Below are positions 38,170-61,674 of a stretch of 64,000 nt of DNA, piece by piece. Position 1 is the first letter of the stretch. Each line of letters begins with the position of its first letter. Both the position numbers and the translations under genes were made by a program. The notes below the pieces were generated by a model. That model was not told the origin of the DNA, made no database searches, and saw only the letters and a program-made list of their open reading frames with translations. Origin of the DNA: Adineta vaga (Eukaryota > Animalia > Rotifera); the NCBI GenBank assembly GCA_021613535.1, contig CP075493.1, positions 5,208,001 through 5,272,000 on the forward strand. Direction: 5' to 3'.

Positions 38170-40063
38170 CTACCTATTTCCTTTATCCAAATGCTGCACG
38201 ATGAGTATGAAAGACAAAGATGTTCTTGTACTGATATTCAATTTGAATTGCTGGGTTGCATTTGATGAATTCTAAAATCAAAATAAATTAGTATAATTTA
38301 TAAACAATCATTTAAACAGATATTCGTGTATTATTAAAAGACAAAAATAGTATGTACTGTCAATACTTTTACAACTCATTCGTATCGACTGTTGTATATT
38401 ATAAAGTGTAAGCAGGGAACAAAAAAAGGAAAATAATGAACGCACACCTATGCCACATATTTTATCTGAATGTATTAGCTATGAATCTTTCTTGTTGAAT
38501 TGATATGTAAAAGTAAATTAATAAATATTTTCTTTAATCATTTTATAATATAAAATAGAACCAGATAGAATATATACCTTAGAACGTGGATTTTGTAGTG
38601 TTATTAATTATGCAATATTATTATGCCAAGCATATCGGTGGTGTTGTCACAAGTGAACAAACGAATCGCTGACATATTTGTATGATGTTGTATTATAATT
38701 TTTCCACATCTGAAATACGACAAAGCGAGATATGTAATCTCGAAATTATAGCAAGGTATCCCTACCAAAAATCAATAGCTATATCTAACCAAACCTATTT
38801 AAAGGTAACTAATGTAATAACCGGATCTTATGAAATCATAGCTTGTAGTTGTGGTTGATTTTGCCCATTTGATTTCAATAGATTGGTACGTTGTTTGATA
38901 TCTATTGCCACTTTTTTTAATAAGGATAATCATAACCCAGGTCGATAAATACGAACTTCCAACATGCGCAAATCTTTTTGGAAGTATTCTGAAAGATGCA
39001 CAAAATTAATTTGACTTAAAAGTTGCAATGTGAACAATCTTAAAATCAGATTACGAATGACTCAGTCTGTTTTTAATTTTGATGTTTTTTTCTCCTATCT
39101 AGCATATAATGGTCTTTTAAATTTCAATCAGAATTTTAACGAAAAAAATGAATCTTAGTTAAAACTGAAATGGGAGGACTAGCGGATTTAAGAAAACACA
39201 CATTTTTGTAATTCATTATATAAAATGTTTTGCCTATAGTCTCTATTAACATGATAAGTTACGATAGTTAAGAGAACTAAGAGGACTAGTAGGAGTAAGA
39301 GGACTAGGAGGACTAAGAGAACTAGGACGACTAGAAGGAGTTATCATATTCAGAACATCAAAGCGATATCACGTATACATGCATGGATTCTTTTGATTGA
39401 AACCTTCAAAGATGCGAACTATCTCGCAATTTTCTTAGTCCTCTTAGTTCTCTTAGTCCTCAATATTGAGGGTGCAGGGGGGTGTGGTGCGGTATTAGTA
39501 TATTGAGGGTGTTGGCGGTGTAATGGAATAACTGAACAGTTGCATAAATAGGTAACTAAATAGTTGAATACTTGAGTTCTAGTTTTGAGCACTATACTAC
39601 GGGTATGGTTTCCACTCTAATATTGATTCCGTATGAAATGTAATATCTCTGATGCTAGTCGTTGTGGAAGGTGTTGTTCTGTTAGATCGCCAAGTTCCGC
39701 GGTAGATGTATGAATGGGGTGCGATTTTTTTTAAAAATTCAATTTGAAATATAAAAGACCATAGACTCTTATCTAGATTGCTTTCTACCTACCAGAACGA
39801 GAATTATTATTGGGTATAAGGCATCTATTATTTAAGTGTCTTTTTTCTACATTGTTATTAATTTAACAAACTAGTGATAATTCTGTCGGTATCTTTTTAA
39901 GTAGAAAATATTTAAAACTGTATGAAAATTCCTGATAAATAGTTTAAATAATTTTACAGAATTATTCTTAGCTATCTTAAACCAAAATGTATATAAGAAA
40001 AAACTTACCTTTCAGTTGAGATTTATTGATTGTATTGAGTTCTGCCCTTTCGATGTCGCTCAT
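38170..40063 (-). pseudogene. Possible decayed multi-exon gene between Tudor copies A and B
   Basis: Several acceptor/donor-bounded segments (40063-40009, ~39846-39792, ~38988-38800, ~38272-38176). The first two join in frame (MSDIERAELNTINKSQLKEKRHLNNRC...); later ones contain stops. No recognisable family. Confidence 0.25.
39268..39460. repeat. 9-bp degenerate tandem repeat (AGAGGACTA/AGAGAACTA) with an inverted copy; foldback/MITE-like remnant
   Basis: About seven units at 39268-39335. The reverse-complement units cttagtcctcttagttctcttagtcctc lie at ~39434-39461. Confidence 0.7.
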
Positions 40064-40911
40064 GAAATATAATGGAGTGAAGATGAAGGTTTATGCCATT
40101 TCTGAGACAAGCATATTAAGCTAATCTATAAATATTCAAGAAGTAAAGATTCGTTAGGAAAATTATAATATTTGCATTTAGTCATAGATTTACTCAATGT
40201 ATGTTTAAATAGTTTTATAAAACTATTATTACTAAATTTAACATTTTGCACACTTTTCTGTCATTATCTGAAAGTTTCCTATGCAATTTTCGCAACTGGG
40301 AATTTATTTCTAATATATATATCAAACAAAAATAATCGATCATGGCTAACGTAAATATTTTCAGCTGATCTGCTCGTAACACGAATGAAAGCCTGAAACA
40401 ATAAAGATATTCAGAATCATCAAATTTATGATAAAAATGACGCGTTCTACTATTGAGTAATATTCATTTATATTATGACTCAGTGATTTATGTAAAAATC
40501 TATCCAACTGCAAGAAATAAAACAACTATAGATGGCACTAAAAGTGAATTACAAGTTGTATTACTTTATTATAACGAAATGAATATTTGTTTAAATGAAT
40601 TATTCTTAATATGAGTATGACCGGTAAAACTCACTTTTAAATGCAATAATTAGAATAGCATGATTTTGGTACGAGAGAAACATGTTCTTTTTATTTTTTT
40701 AACAACAAGAAAAATGAGTACATCTGCAAGAGTATTAACAAAAAGAGAAAGAAAACGATTCCACAGATACATGCCACTTGAATTTTCAGATTGGTATGTA
40801 TAGGATCAAAAAAAGTATCACCTTCTCATTTATTATACATAAAATGAAATGAAAACAAAAAAGGCTCCTGAGTGTTTTAACTAAATTAAATCTTGTTCGT
40901 TGTCTACTCTA

Positions 40912-42842
40912 TTATGGAAGATCTAGCATAAAAAAATAACAATAGAAAGTTTGAATTCGTCGACGAAATTTATATCGAAAACATACTATTATTATAAATA
41001 TCCGATTCAACAACTGCAACATTATACAAAATATATTCCATCGGTGTAAGTTTATCATTAAAATGTAACGCAATTTGTTCATTTCGAGCTGATGTTATGT
41101 GTGCTGCTAATTTTGGATGTTGTGTGATGGACTAAAATGAATCAGAAGAAAATATTGTTTCGTATTTTGTTTCCTTCAAAACAATGAATTTACTACATAC
41201 TTGACCATCTAACATGATTTTAACAAAATGCAATGGCCTAAACGAAACATTGTCCATAAAGGTAATTGAAAAATGAATCGAATTATTACCATTGTTGTCC
41301 AATGCCCGGTTGGAAATGAACTTCAACAATACGATTTTTTACTAGCATACTAAATGCATCGGTTGCTTCTGGTGTCCAGAAATTTTGATTACTTGGAAAT
41401 GCCTTTAAAGAATAATAGTATCATACGAAAAAATGTTACAAGAAAAATCTTACTTCATGTAATGTACAAGCAACTGTCATAGCCGGTAGACGTGCCAATG
41501 ATTCAGTTAATGGATAGATTTCATTTGGTGGTTTTGATTCGGAATTGCCATAATCAATAAAAACAATAAGTACCGATTCATCTACAAGAGGAAAAGAAAT
41601 TATCTTATGAAGACTAAAGATTATAAATAGATACCGTTATTCAAAACAACGCGAGCTCGATACCAAAGATGATCTTCACTAAATCGAGCTACACAAAAAT
41701 CACCAATAGATATGTTTTGTAATGGTACTGTTGTATTCGCCGGTTTATTATAATAATTACTAAGAATAGAACAAAGATAGAAAGATTTCTAATCAATGAA
41801 ATACTTCGTCTTATCATACTTCATTTCAATTGACATCATATTAAATTGTTCAGCAACACGTGGATCTTGATTTGATACGAAAAATGCTGATGGATGATCA
41901 ACAATTGGAATATCAGCATTATGCCAAACACTACCAGATGGAATAACTTGCATTTTAACTCGAACTTTATTATCATTAACACTCAAATCATTGCTTGTCG
42001 TTGTAGCTAAAGAAAAAAAATCTTATAAATTCATTTGTTTCTTCAATATGAAACTTACACGAATATGAATCAGTTGGATTAGACATTTGAACAGGAGGAG
42101 GAGGAGGAGGAGGTGGTGGAGGATGATGACCATTTATAGATCCATTTGTAGTACTTTTTGATGTTGTTTGTTGTTGTGATGAATATGAAACTAATGAATT
42201 TTGTGTAGATAGTTTTGTCGGATGAATACCATTGCTTTCCTGGAATGATAATGGACGATGAAAGGCAGATTGTTGTCCAACTGGTGGTTTAGCTGAAGTA
42301 GTTTCACTAAACAATGTTGCTGCATTTCTAGCTGTAAATGTATTTGTCGTTAAATTTGGTGTTCCGCTCATTGAACGAACCATCGCGGGAGGAAGATCTT
42401 TTTGTAAACGAATTCCATTGCTTGTTGGATCAACTTTGGAAATGAATGCATTAGCAGTAGGTATCGGTGCTGTTGAATGATTGACAACAGGTGTTGGAGG
42501 ATGCACTGGTGGAGTTACTTGACGTTTTTCATTGTTCATCGGAATGACATTGGTAATGGATGAATGAAGATTATGTAATGATTCAGTTTGTAATTCAACA
42601 GTAGCTAGTTTTTCAGCAACATTCAATAATACTTTATTACATTTAACCACTTTTTGAGCAATAATAGGAGATACATTTGAATCTGATTCAATTGAACGTC
42701 GTTTATTAATCCATGTTTGCTTAACTTCATCAACATAAGATGTTACTTGAGTTAAACGATTATTTAAACGATCACATAGAAAGACAAGATTTTCAATATC
42801 ATCAAGTAGTTCAATAGTATTTAAATCATTCGTAGAAGACAT
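40912..42842 (-). CDS. Extended Tudor-domain protein (copy B) with an N-terminal helical/coiled-coil domain and a Pro-rich linker
   Basis: IVDHPSAFFV, IGDFCVARFSEDHLWYRARV, IVFIDYGNSE and LPAMTVACTL. Confidence 0.88.
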
Positions 42843-43392
42843 ATCTGAAAAAGATAATTAGAAGAAAATATGATTCATATTTGGTTATAGAAACATTTAA
42901 TTCTGTTAGTAATATCTTAATAGAACGTCCACTCAATTGTTACACTAACCATGCATATAAAATTCACATATTTAGTCAGTATTAAAGAAAAATGGCGCTT
43001 TAATCTATTTAATCAAACAAGGAAAATAGCCGATAATAACTGTTTTAAAAAAAACACAATTATTACTTGCTATTTATCATATTTATCTTAAGGATTCTAT
43101 AACACTCACTTTGAATATAATTCGATACAAATATTTTATACACCTATTAATTTTATAAGATCATCTAGAAAAATATAGGTATGTAAATGTATATGTATAA
43201 ATTCATTTCATAGGAATCTTTTGTTTGTTTTTTTTTATTTTGAAAATAAACGCATACACACACACGAATGAAGAAATTGAAATAACTAATAATATGTGTA
43301 CTATGTTGTAAAACTGAAAAGTAATCAAAATTTAATATTCTTTTGTCGTTAATAAACAGACAAAAACAGAACATGTGCAAGAAATTTGTCTA

Positions 43393-45363
43393 TTAATCAT
43401 CTTCACTAATAGGTACATTGAAAAGAATGTATTCTTGTTCAGTAAGAGAAGGTGCCATTTGTTCAGCAATATAACGATTTGGTCTTGGATCAACACGTTG
43501 TTGAAGTGTAAATAAATTTGTTACAGACTAAATACAACATATACAGATTTTCCAAAAATATTCTCAACTATTCTTCTTACTTGATTATTAACGATAATTC
43601 GAACGAAATGTAATGGCCTAGAAAATAAACGAATTATCTCATAGACAATATTGTAAAACTAAAATCTTATAATTTGTGGTTTTAATATTACCATTGTTCA
43701 GTTCCTTCTTCTCGATTAACAAAATGAATTTCAAGTGTTTTATCTAAGACTTCATGTCGAAAGATTTGAATTGTTTCTTCTGGCCATACTGTTTCATTTT
43801 CATTTTGTGTTCGTGGAAATGCCTAGAAAGAGAATCGAATATATCTCATTATCATTAATCGTGTAATATTCTATAAGATCTACTTCGGATAAACTACAAG
43901 CAATGGCTTGTGCTGGTAAATCTGTAAATGATTTATATAATGGATAAAAATCATTGATTGATTTAATTTCAATATTTCCAAAATCAACATAAACAATTTT
44001 AATAGAATCATGTCCTTCACACATAATTAAGCGTGCTCGATACCATCGATCATCGTCACTATATTTCGCAACACCAAAATCACCAATTGCAATGTTTTGT
44101 AATGGGTATAATTTATTCGATTTTTCTAATTCATCATAATGTTCACTAGAAGAAGAAAAAAAGAAGAAAATTCATACTGAAAACGTCCGTTGTAGTCTCA
44201 TTTACTGAAGTTGAATTTGCATTTGATGGAATTTGCCATTTATTTTTGGATCGAGATTTTCAACATAAAATCCTGATAATGAATCAATGATATCAATCTT
44301 TGCTTGTAACCATTTTGTGCCAGGTATTATACGTTGTAATTTGATTTTTTCTTTCGTTTCTATTACAAATAATTCTCTTTCGATTATATTTTCCTATGAA
44401 TTACATACGAGGTGGTTGACGATTGGAAGTCATTTGAGTTGTAGACGTAACTGCAAATGGTGTAGATACATGTTCGGGTTGTGATGAACGTAACGTATAT
44501 GATGATGATGGTGTCATACGTGGCTAAACAAATGGATTAGTGTAACTGTAGGAAATGTTAAACAATAAAAAAAGACTTGGCTATCATCTGTGTGAATTAC
44601 TTAAATAATATGAACTATACTTACAAAATTCAATATTTCGCTGTTTGAATGATGATTTGTATTTTGTGTTTGAAGAGGAGTCGAACGTGGTATCTGTTCC
44701 ATCATATTCGCTGTTGATGAAACCGGTTTAAAGCCAGTTTTTTCTTGCATACTTACAGTTGATAGACGACCAGATACTGACGATTGTGTACTTCGAATAA
44801 CAGGAACAGGTGGTACATGTTGTTCATAAGTTCGTCCATTTGGCATCAATGGTTGTTTCATTGTTGATGGTGTATATTGGTGAGTTTGATTTGATGACAT
44901 ATTTGTATCAGTTGATCGTGTTGGAAATAACGTTGATGATGCTAGAAGAGTATGTGATTTTGGATCTATACGATGAATTTGTTCAAGTAATAAATCAGCG
45001 CGACACAACGCTATAGAAGAAATAAGAAGTGATAAACTATGGAAAAGAAAAAGATTTTTGATACCTTCAACTGCTTCAATTGTTAAATCATTAATACGTT
45101 GAGTTTTCGGTAAAAAAAAATCACATGATGATGAAGATTTCATTTGTACTAATTGATCAAGAATAACTTGTCGACGATATTGCCACAGTTCAATTTGTTG
45201 ATCAATATTTGATGTGAGTTTTGAAATATAATCTTTTGCTTTATCATAAGCGACACATAATCGACTAGAAGAAAAATGATTATAGTCGAAATATATTTAA
45301 GAAAATTTCGATTCTTTACTCAATTTCATCGACAATACCCATATTGGACGATTCATTAGCCAT
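43393..45363 (-). CDS. Extended Tudor-domain protein (copy C) with an N-terminal helical domain
   Basis: Start MANESSNMGIVDEI; IIDSLSGFYV, IGDFGVAKYSDDDRWYRARL, IVYVDFGNIE and LPAQAIACSL. Confidence 0.88.
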
Positions 45364-48300
45364 AATCGGTCGAAAAATTCCGAGAATAATGCAAAATAAG
45401 CGTTATAACAGAAATGGAGAAAAAAATACCCAATTTTTCTGAAAGAATAAAAATAAATTTGATGTCAAATGTTTGCACATGTTGTTATATTACATTCTCT
45501 TCTCTTCTCTTGTATGTATTTAAAATAAAACATGGAACTTTTACGTAAACCTATGAGAAACATGACTATAGAGGACACATAAATATATTTGTGCTCAGTA
45601 AAGAAAAAGATTAGTAAACTAAAAGTAAGGCAGGATAATAGATTAAAATAAGTTCTTAATCAAGATAAATTCGATCGTCTCATAATTAATCTATATAGAT
45701 GATATGTTTTATGATGTGAATGTTGTATTCACTAAGATTTTTATGATCAATAACTATTTGTCTCTTTGTTTCAATTTAATTTTCATAAAGTCAACACAAT
45801 ACAATATATGTCCTTAATATCCTTCAGTTCATTCAAATTACTGTATTTCATCTCAGATGATACACTGATATCGTGTCAATGCCAAACATTTCGTATTTCT
45901 ACTATAGATATCTTAATATCGCTGTATATTTTTTTAGAATAATGATCCACACAGATGTTTGGATATCAGTTGTATTAATTAATAACAAGTGACCGTCGTC
46001 TTTTAAGAAGAGAGAAAGAGCATATTTTATAAGTTTCTATCGAATTAGTTACATAAATACGTGACGGAAATGATCATAGTGAATAGATTGAAATCGATTC
46101 TTGAGATATAAATTACTATGACAGATCTGAGTGAATCACAAACCAAACCGAAAGAAAAAGACACAAAGTTACTACCGTACAAAAGAATGTTGATCGAATT
46201 CAGTTTCTTGTATTCATTTTAAATTTACAATGCATTCAGATCAATTTATTTCTTGATTTTCACAATTTATCAAACGAATCGTTCTATTTATTTGATATTA
46301 AATATTAGATAAATAAATCTTACTCTCGTTCTTGACATATTTTTGTATATTAACATCTAAATATTTATATTACGAAGTTAATAGAGTATATAGAAAAATC
46401 TATTCTAATTCTTCGATATCTTTTTCTATATTTTTTATCCTTCAAAAGAGATCTAAGATTATTATTTTGTTTATTCGTCGTCATTCAGTTGCAGAATAAT
46501 CTAACTCTGTGGCCAAGTTGAAGTTCAAACTCTAATGATCATGCATAATCATGTAAGTAGAAAAAGTGTTTGTATTCAATAAAAGAAAACAGAACTGTCA
46601 TAATCGAGAGAATAATTTCTCGAATGAATTTTTTTGTTATTCTTCTCGAAAGAAAAGTGGCTCATCCAATGAAGTCATGTTTGATCATTGTGAACTTTTT
46701 TTTTTCATAATAATTGATTTCTATGAAGTGTGTACATAATTGAAGAGAAAAACGTTATTGTTCAATAGATTCAATGTATCGTATAAGCAATGACGTAGTT
46801 TCATATATGTTGGTGAGATAAAGAAAATTTTGTAGAGATTCTTCTGATGAAAATGATATACGATTTCGATCAATCATGAGAGAACGTTCTCTTTTTTTTT
46901 GTATGTTTTCATTTTATTAAATTTCCTCATCTTTTTCTTTGAGATTTAAAAGTCAATATAATTTGTTTGACATTGAACTTTTTCGATTATAGTTATGTCG
47001 TTTAAATTCAATTAGAAAGATGATTAAATAAGAATTTATTCGTCTCTTGATCTAATCATAAAATCTTTATGTTAACGAGAGATATGTATTAAACATGTTT
47101 CATACAATGTCGTAGTAATGAACATTCTATTATGTATTGAATATTTAATTTGACACCTTTCAATCAAGACATCCCTCGTCTTTCTTGTTCCGTATGCAAC
47201 TTGTATGAAATTGAATCGATCGATCGTTCTCTTCTCTTTTACTTTTCGTACACGCGTGCTCTTTTACTCACAATTAGCGTATTGCATTACGTGAACATGA
47301 GGTTCTCTCGATCATAAGAGAATACTGACAAGCGAAACTAACATCACAGTATTGGTAGGTGTGATCAATCGATCCTATCGACTTATTTGTTCACTTTTAT
47401 TTGTTCGATTTACATCTTTACTAATGAGACTTAGCCAGCTTAACCATTTAAGTTATACATGACCAAAAAAAAAGAGTTCAAGGTAATGTTCCGAGGACGC
47501 TTTAACATTTCGAAACTAACACTAGTATTGTTTCATTCATTTTCTCTTACGGTAAGTATCATTGCATGATCGAACATTGAAGTATTCGTCAGTTATATTT
47601 AGTAAATACTGAATTGATTAGAAGTATTTGCTTGCGGCTTCGTCTTATTAAGAAGAAAAAAAGAAGAAGAAGAAGAAGAGAAGACAGTCATGTGAAGCAA
47701 GTACTTATTTGATATTCGTCGGTACTTAAATGAAATCAATTTGACGTTTAATTTATCTTTCAGCTTAGCTTAACAGCATTTATAAATAGTGTCTAGTTTT
47801 ATCTGCATAAATTTTTTCAGAAATTATTCATATTTCGGTTCTTTTTTTTATATCGAAATTGAAATAGACCATTAATGTCATTTGAAAGGTTGTTCAAAAT
47901 TATAAATACATTTTCGTTCGTCTTGTTTCTTTTCTTTTTTTTGTAATATGAAGAAAAAAAATGAATATTTAAGTAAATAGTCATCGAGGAAGGAAGATTG
48001 TACGTGAAAAAAAAGATGTCTAACAATGAATAAACTTGAAATCAAGGATTTCTGTCTTAGTATATCATTATTGTTTATGAAGTTTATTTCTTTTCGGAGA
48101 AAAAACGATGAATTGTATTACTGTTGTCTATATCTCTACGCGTGTTTGATTCATGATCATATTATTTCGTTCTATTTCTTCTTAATCGATAGATTACACC
48201 ATTTTAAAGTTTACTAGAAAGGTTTTTTCTCCCTAAAAGATGAATAGTCTTATTGTTGTTTTAATCGTTACATACAAATATTATTTATTATGTTCAATTA

Positions 48301-48996
48301 TTTCTTTTCATGAAGGATATTCAAACATACATTCTAATTCAATGTCATTGAAAATTATTGTATCGAACTGTACCTTTTTTTCTCTTCTTCTTCTCTTCTC
48401 TTTTCCCTTCTCCCGTAAAATAGGCGCATGTTATGACTAGGATAAATTAAATCGAAAGGAGTTTTACTTCTTCGATTTCTTTTCAACTTAAGTGAGTAAC
48501 ATAAATGATTTGTCGACGTTCAATACTGAATAATCAATTACAATCTATTTTATCTCTCATATGTTAGATTTCTTTTTGTTATCTTCTTAATCCTCTCATC
48601 TCGAAATAACAGTAGTCTATATCTATTGTTTCAATCAAAACCAACATTCGAAAGATCTTGCTTATTATACATGTGTTAAGACTTTAGTAATATAGATAGT
48701 TTTTATTTCGAGACATATTCTCATAGTGATTATGATCGTATCATTTTTGAACAGATATTTGAAACATCTTTTTTTCTTTTATTCACATCAACGAAATTGA
48801 TTTTTCTATCTTAGCCAATCGTTTGGATTCATCTATCATTCTATATTGTTTTTATAATGATGATGATTATTTTTATAAATATATGTACAGTCAATCTAAT
48901 TTTATACTTATTTTGTCTTTAGTTTTAATAGAATGTATTTATCATTTGTATAGATAATTTCAAAAGACATTTGTTCTTATTCGACGATCGTCGAAA

Positions 48997-58045
<9,049 letters not shown>

Positions 58046-61000
58046 ACGAAATAGTTCAGATCATACGGGTCCAATTCTCTCCGCATTTCGACCTATGATT
58101 CGACGAAATAGACATATATATTTGATTTTTCTTACTTTTTACCTAGTCTTATTTTACTTTATATAATTACAGTTTGACATGATCGTGCTGAAAGTAATCA
58201 GATTTTTTTTTCATTGAATGTATGTGTGTATATTGGATAATGGGCATTTTTTTAATGTATATGAATAGATCAAAGAAATGGATACTTACATGATATAGAT
58301 TATTTCATTAAGACATGAAATGAAATTGAATTTCTCGTGAAAAAGAAGAATATTTCCTTGGAACATCAATGAATCCGTCGTTATTCAGAAAATAATTTAA
58401 TAAATCTTCACATATTTCAAGCAGTACTTTTGCATGACTATGTTATTCAATTATTAGACATTCATATAGAATATTTTCTGAATTTTGCCAATGCTTTTAT
58501 CAGAATTGTTAATGTTCGGATGTTTTGTTTTTTTGAGCAAACAGAAATGAAGGTATACTCAAGCTATTTGTTCTAAATTTGAAAGTATCGAAATTTAGTT
58601 TACGTGTCAACATCACTGAATAATACAAATTATGAAGTTATTTTTCTTATAATTCGAATCTCGAAAAAGTAAACTTGTCATTTACCTAAAACTTCATCAT
58701 TCTTTTCAATGCAAATCCATTCGACATCGATTACTCATCGATGTCAATTTGAGAATGATAGAATTTAAGATGTCATATTCAGTTTAATTCTATTATATAT
58801 CATAAAAGACAAAACATAATTCAATAGGAAATGAAATCTATCTATATTTATTTATTTTCGTTTCAAGAAGAAAGAATAACATTTCACAAATTATTTCTAA
58901 TTACTATCGAATATTTATATAAATATGACAAACGTTGCAGTAAATATTTTGATTGATATCTATCAAATACTCGTTTACTTTGGATCATTTCCTAATATCA
59001 AAACATGTTCCTTGCACACAAAACATAGTTGTGCTAATGTCAATTTGGAGAAAAAATGACCTCTTTTTGTCATAGAAAAATAAATTTCAGTCAATTTCCG
59101 TCGAGAAAATGACGCTAGTTCGACAGTCTACACAATCATTTCCGATCAACCTGTTCGTTCGCATCCAGATACAATTGTATCTGAAAATCTTTTCATTCAA
59201 TTTCTTTCCACTATCTGAATAGTTAGCGCGATTTGCGTAGGATAAGAAAACAACGAGAACAATTTTCTTATTGTCAAGATTAAATAACAGTTCATTAGCA
59301 TATGACGTATTAAGAAATTTGTTGTTCGAAATGACATATATATTTTGTTTCTTTCGAATATGAGAAAAGAATCTCTATATCTCTAATTTAGTTTATTCGA
59401 AAGTAATTCAGTTATCTATCTATGTTTTTTTCTCTGGCGAAGCATCGAGTGCATCGATCATAACACATCATGATTGGACAAATCGTTCTTATCTCTAACA
59501 ACATTAAACATGAAAATATTTATCTTGCTTATTTCAATTATTGATGGATTCATACATTGATGTGCATCGTTTAGTATTAGATAGAAATGTGCAAGTATGT
59601 AGAAAGAATTGAACGGGGGAAAAAAAGGGAAAGAAAGATTTCTATAGAATTAAGAACAAGCTGTGCCGCTCAATATTGATCGATGTCCAATAGAGTTGAC
59701 TTCCTTATTGATTATGCCAATAGGATTTTCCTCTTATTCACTGCTGTGCTAACTCTTCAACTAGACAGACATATATATTTTTTACGAATAACATGATGGA
59801 TGATAGTTGTATCAGTAGAAATCCTCTTTTACTTGCATTTATTCTGAATTTTTATTAAGCACGTTAGATTTCATTTATTATAATTTATTAATCAAGTGAG
59901 AGAAATCATTCACAATAGATCGTTTTTTTTTCTTTCAATAGTTACGTGCTTGACCGATTATTTTCGATTACTTATGCACGTATGTATGATATTTTCATTC
60001 TGAGCAAGATCTTTTTTCTTCTAGTGTCATTAACTATAACCAGAGATAAAAACATCTACTATTCTAATAACTCAACTCTTGTTTACGTTCGAACGATCTA
60101 ATTGCATTGATTCGTCAACGACTCTAAAAAAAAAAAAGAAAGGAGCATCAACGCATATTTATCATTGCTTAGACAATCAATAACAGCGGGTATTTGGCAT
60201 ATTTATATATATATATATATATATCAGCAAATAACAAACAACTTCTCTTCATTTAGTAATTTTCATCAATCTATAACTTATACAATAATGGATCAATCAC
60301 AAAGGTATAGAAAATTACAGTAGTTTGATCTCTATTCTGCATTTCTTTCTCATTTTCATAACTGACGTCATTGATAATATATGTGAGCGATTTCATAATC
60401 TAGTAATTAAAATTGTCTATAATCATTGTCGGTACAATTCAGAGAGATAGACTCTGCGTTTTCCTTTCGTTACTATGGATTTGCATCTGATTGAGAATCT
60501 CTTCTTTCTATCTTCACAACTGAAGACATCATTTCCAGATTCTCGTTTCCATTCATATACTCTATCAATTGAATTATCAATAAGCGAGAGCCGACATGAT
60601 AAAAGATAAAGATGAGATCCATGTGGTTTTTTTCTTCTTCAGATGCCTATGGGCTGTAATAATTCTTCTTGTGAATATTATTAACAAAGGTGATAAATGA
60701 AGCACAGAACAAAAGTCATTTAATTCAATAATTAAGCACGTTGAAATAACAAAATAAAACTTAACTTTCTTTTTTTTCATAGTATCAATTACCGAACACG
60801 TACATCATATTGCATGATGATTTAGTCTTTTTTTTCTCTCTGTATACTCTCCTTTTTTTCTTTTTCAAGTTCAATTACTGAAATTTGAGAAGCAAAAACG
60901 TTCATGTCTCTGCTTTTCCTGTGACAAGGAACTTGACTGTATTTGACAGACCACATTACCCAATGTATATGATGAGAAGACAAAAATAATAAGATCAAAT

Positions 61001-61674
61001 TTCCTTCTACATGAACCGTAATCAGGAAATACGAATAGAGAGAAAGAAAGAAAGAAAGAAAGAACAAACGAACAAAGGACGAAAAACATTAACTACCGAA
61101 GAAATGCGAAATAATCCGATGATATTCGTTCGATAAAGATAAATTAAGGTGGTTAAATTACAGAAAATTCTTTCAACATATCTTTTCACTTAAGTTGATA
61201 GATGAGAATAACAAAAAGGGAAATCTAAAAAAAGAAGCAAAAAAAAAAAGAAATCGTCATAATCACTATTATCATCTATAGCGCAAGTCAAGAATGAAAA
61301 GAACGAGCGAGTAAGTATCAGAAATAAAATAAGAGAGAAACTAGTAGTAAAAAAAAAACATGAAGAGAAACGGAAAAAAAGAAAAGAAGTAGTCGGTTTG
61401 TATAAAGACCGAGAAGTCTATTTAAGTAAATTAATGTTCATCTTTTTTCCTAGAAGAAAATTGATGTTAGATCTTTTTTAGAATATTGTTATTTTGTCGA
61501 TATGAGAAAGAGAGAGGAAAAAAACTCAAAACAAAGAACATTTATTGCGGATGACTTGTGTTCCATCATCGTGCGTGTGTGTGTGTCTACGTTTTGACAT
61601 ATTTTCCTCGAGTGTTTCTTCTAATCATTCTCTGTTGTGTTATTATAGGTTAGTCAATCTTTTCTTCTCGCCAC

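Noticed and set aside
39268-39340. Repeat array as a CRISPR candidate
   Set aside because: The units are 9 bp and contiguous with no unique spacers. The context is eukaryotic and there are no cas genes.
45364-48996. Short ORFs in the long Tudor-KANK intergenic region
   Set aside because: They are F/L/I/K-biased random ORFs of AT-rich DNA. The region is likely regulatory or a KANK 5'-UTR intron (donor near 47551).
60577-61089. Minus-strand ORFs upstream of the Kir gene
   Set aside because: These are poly-purine/pyrimidine tract translations with no domain.
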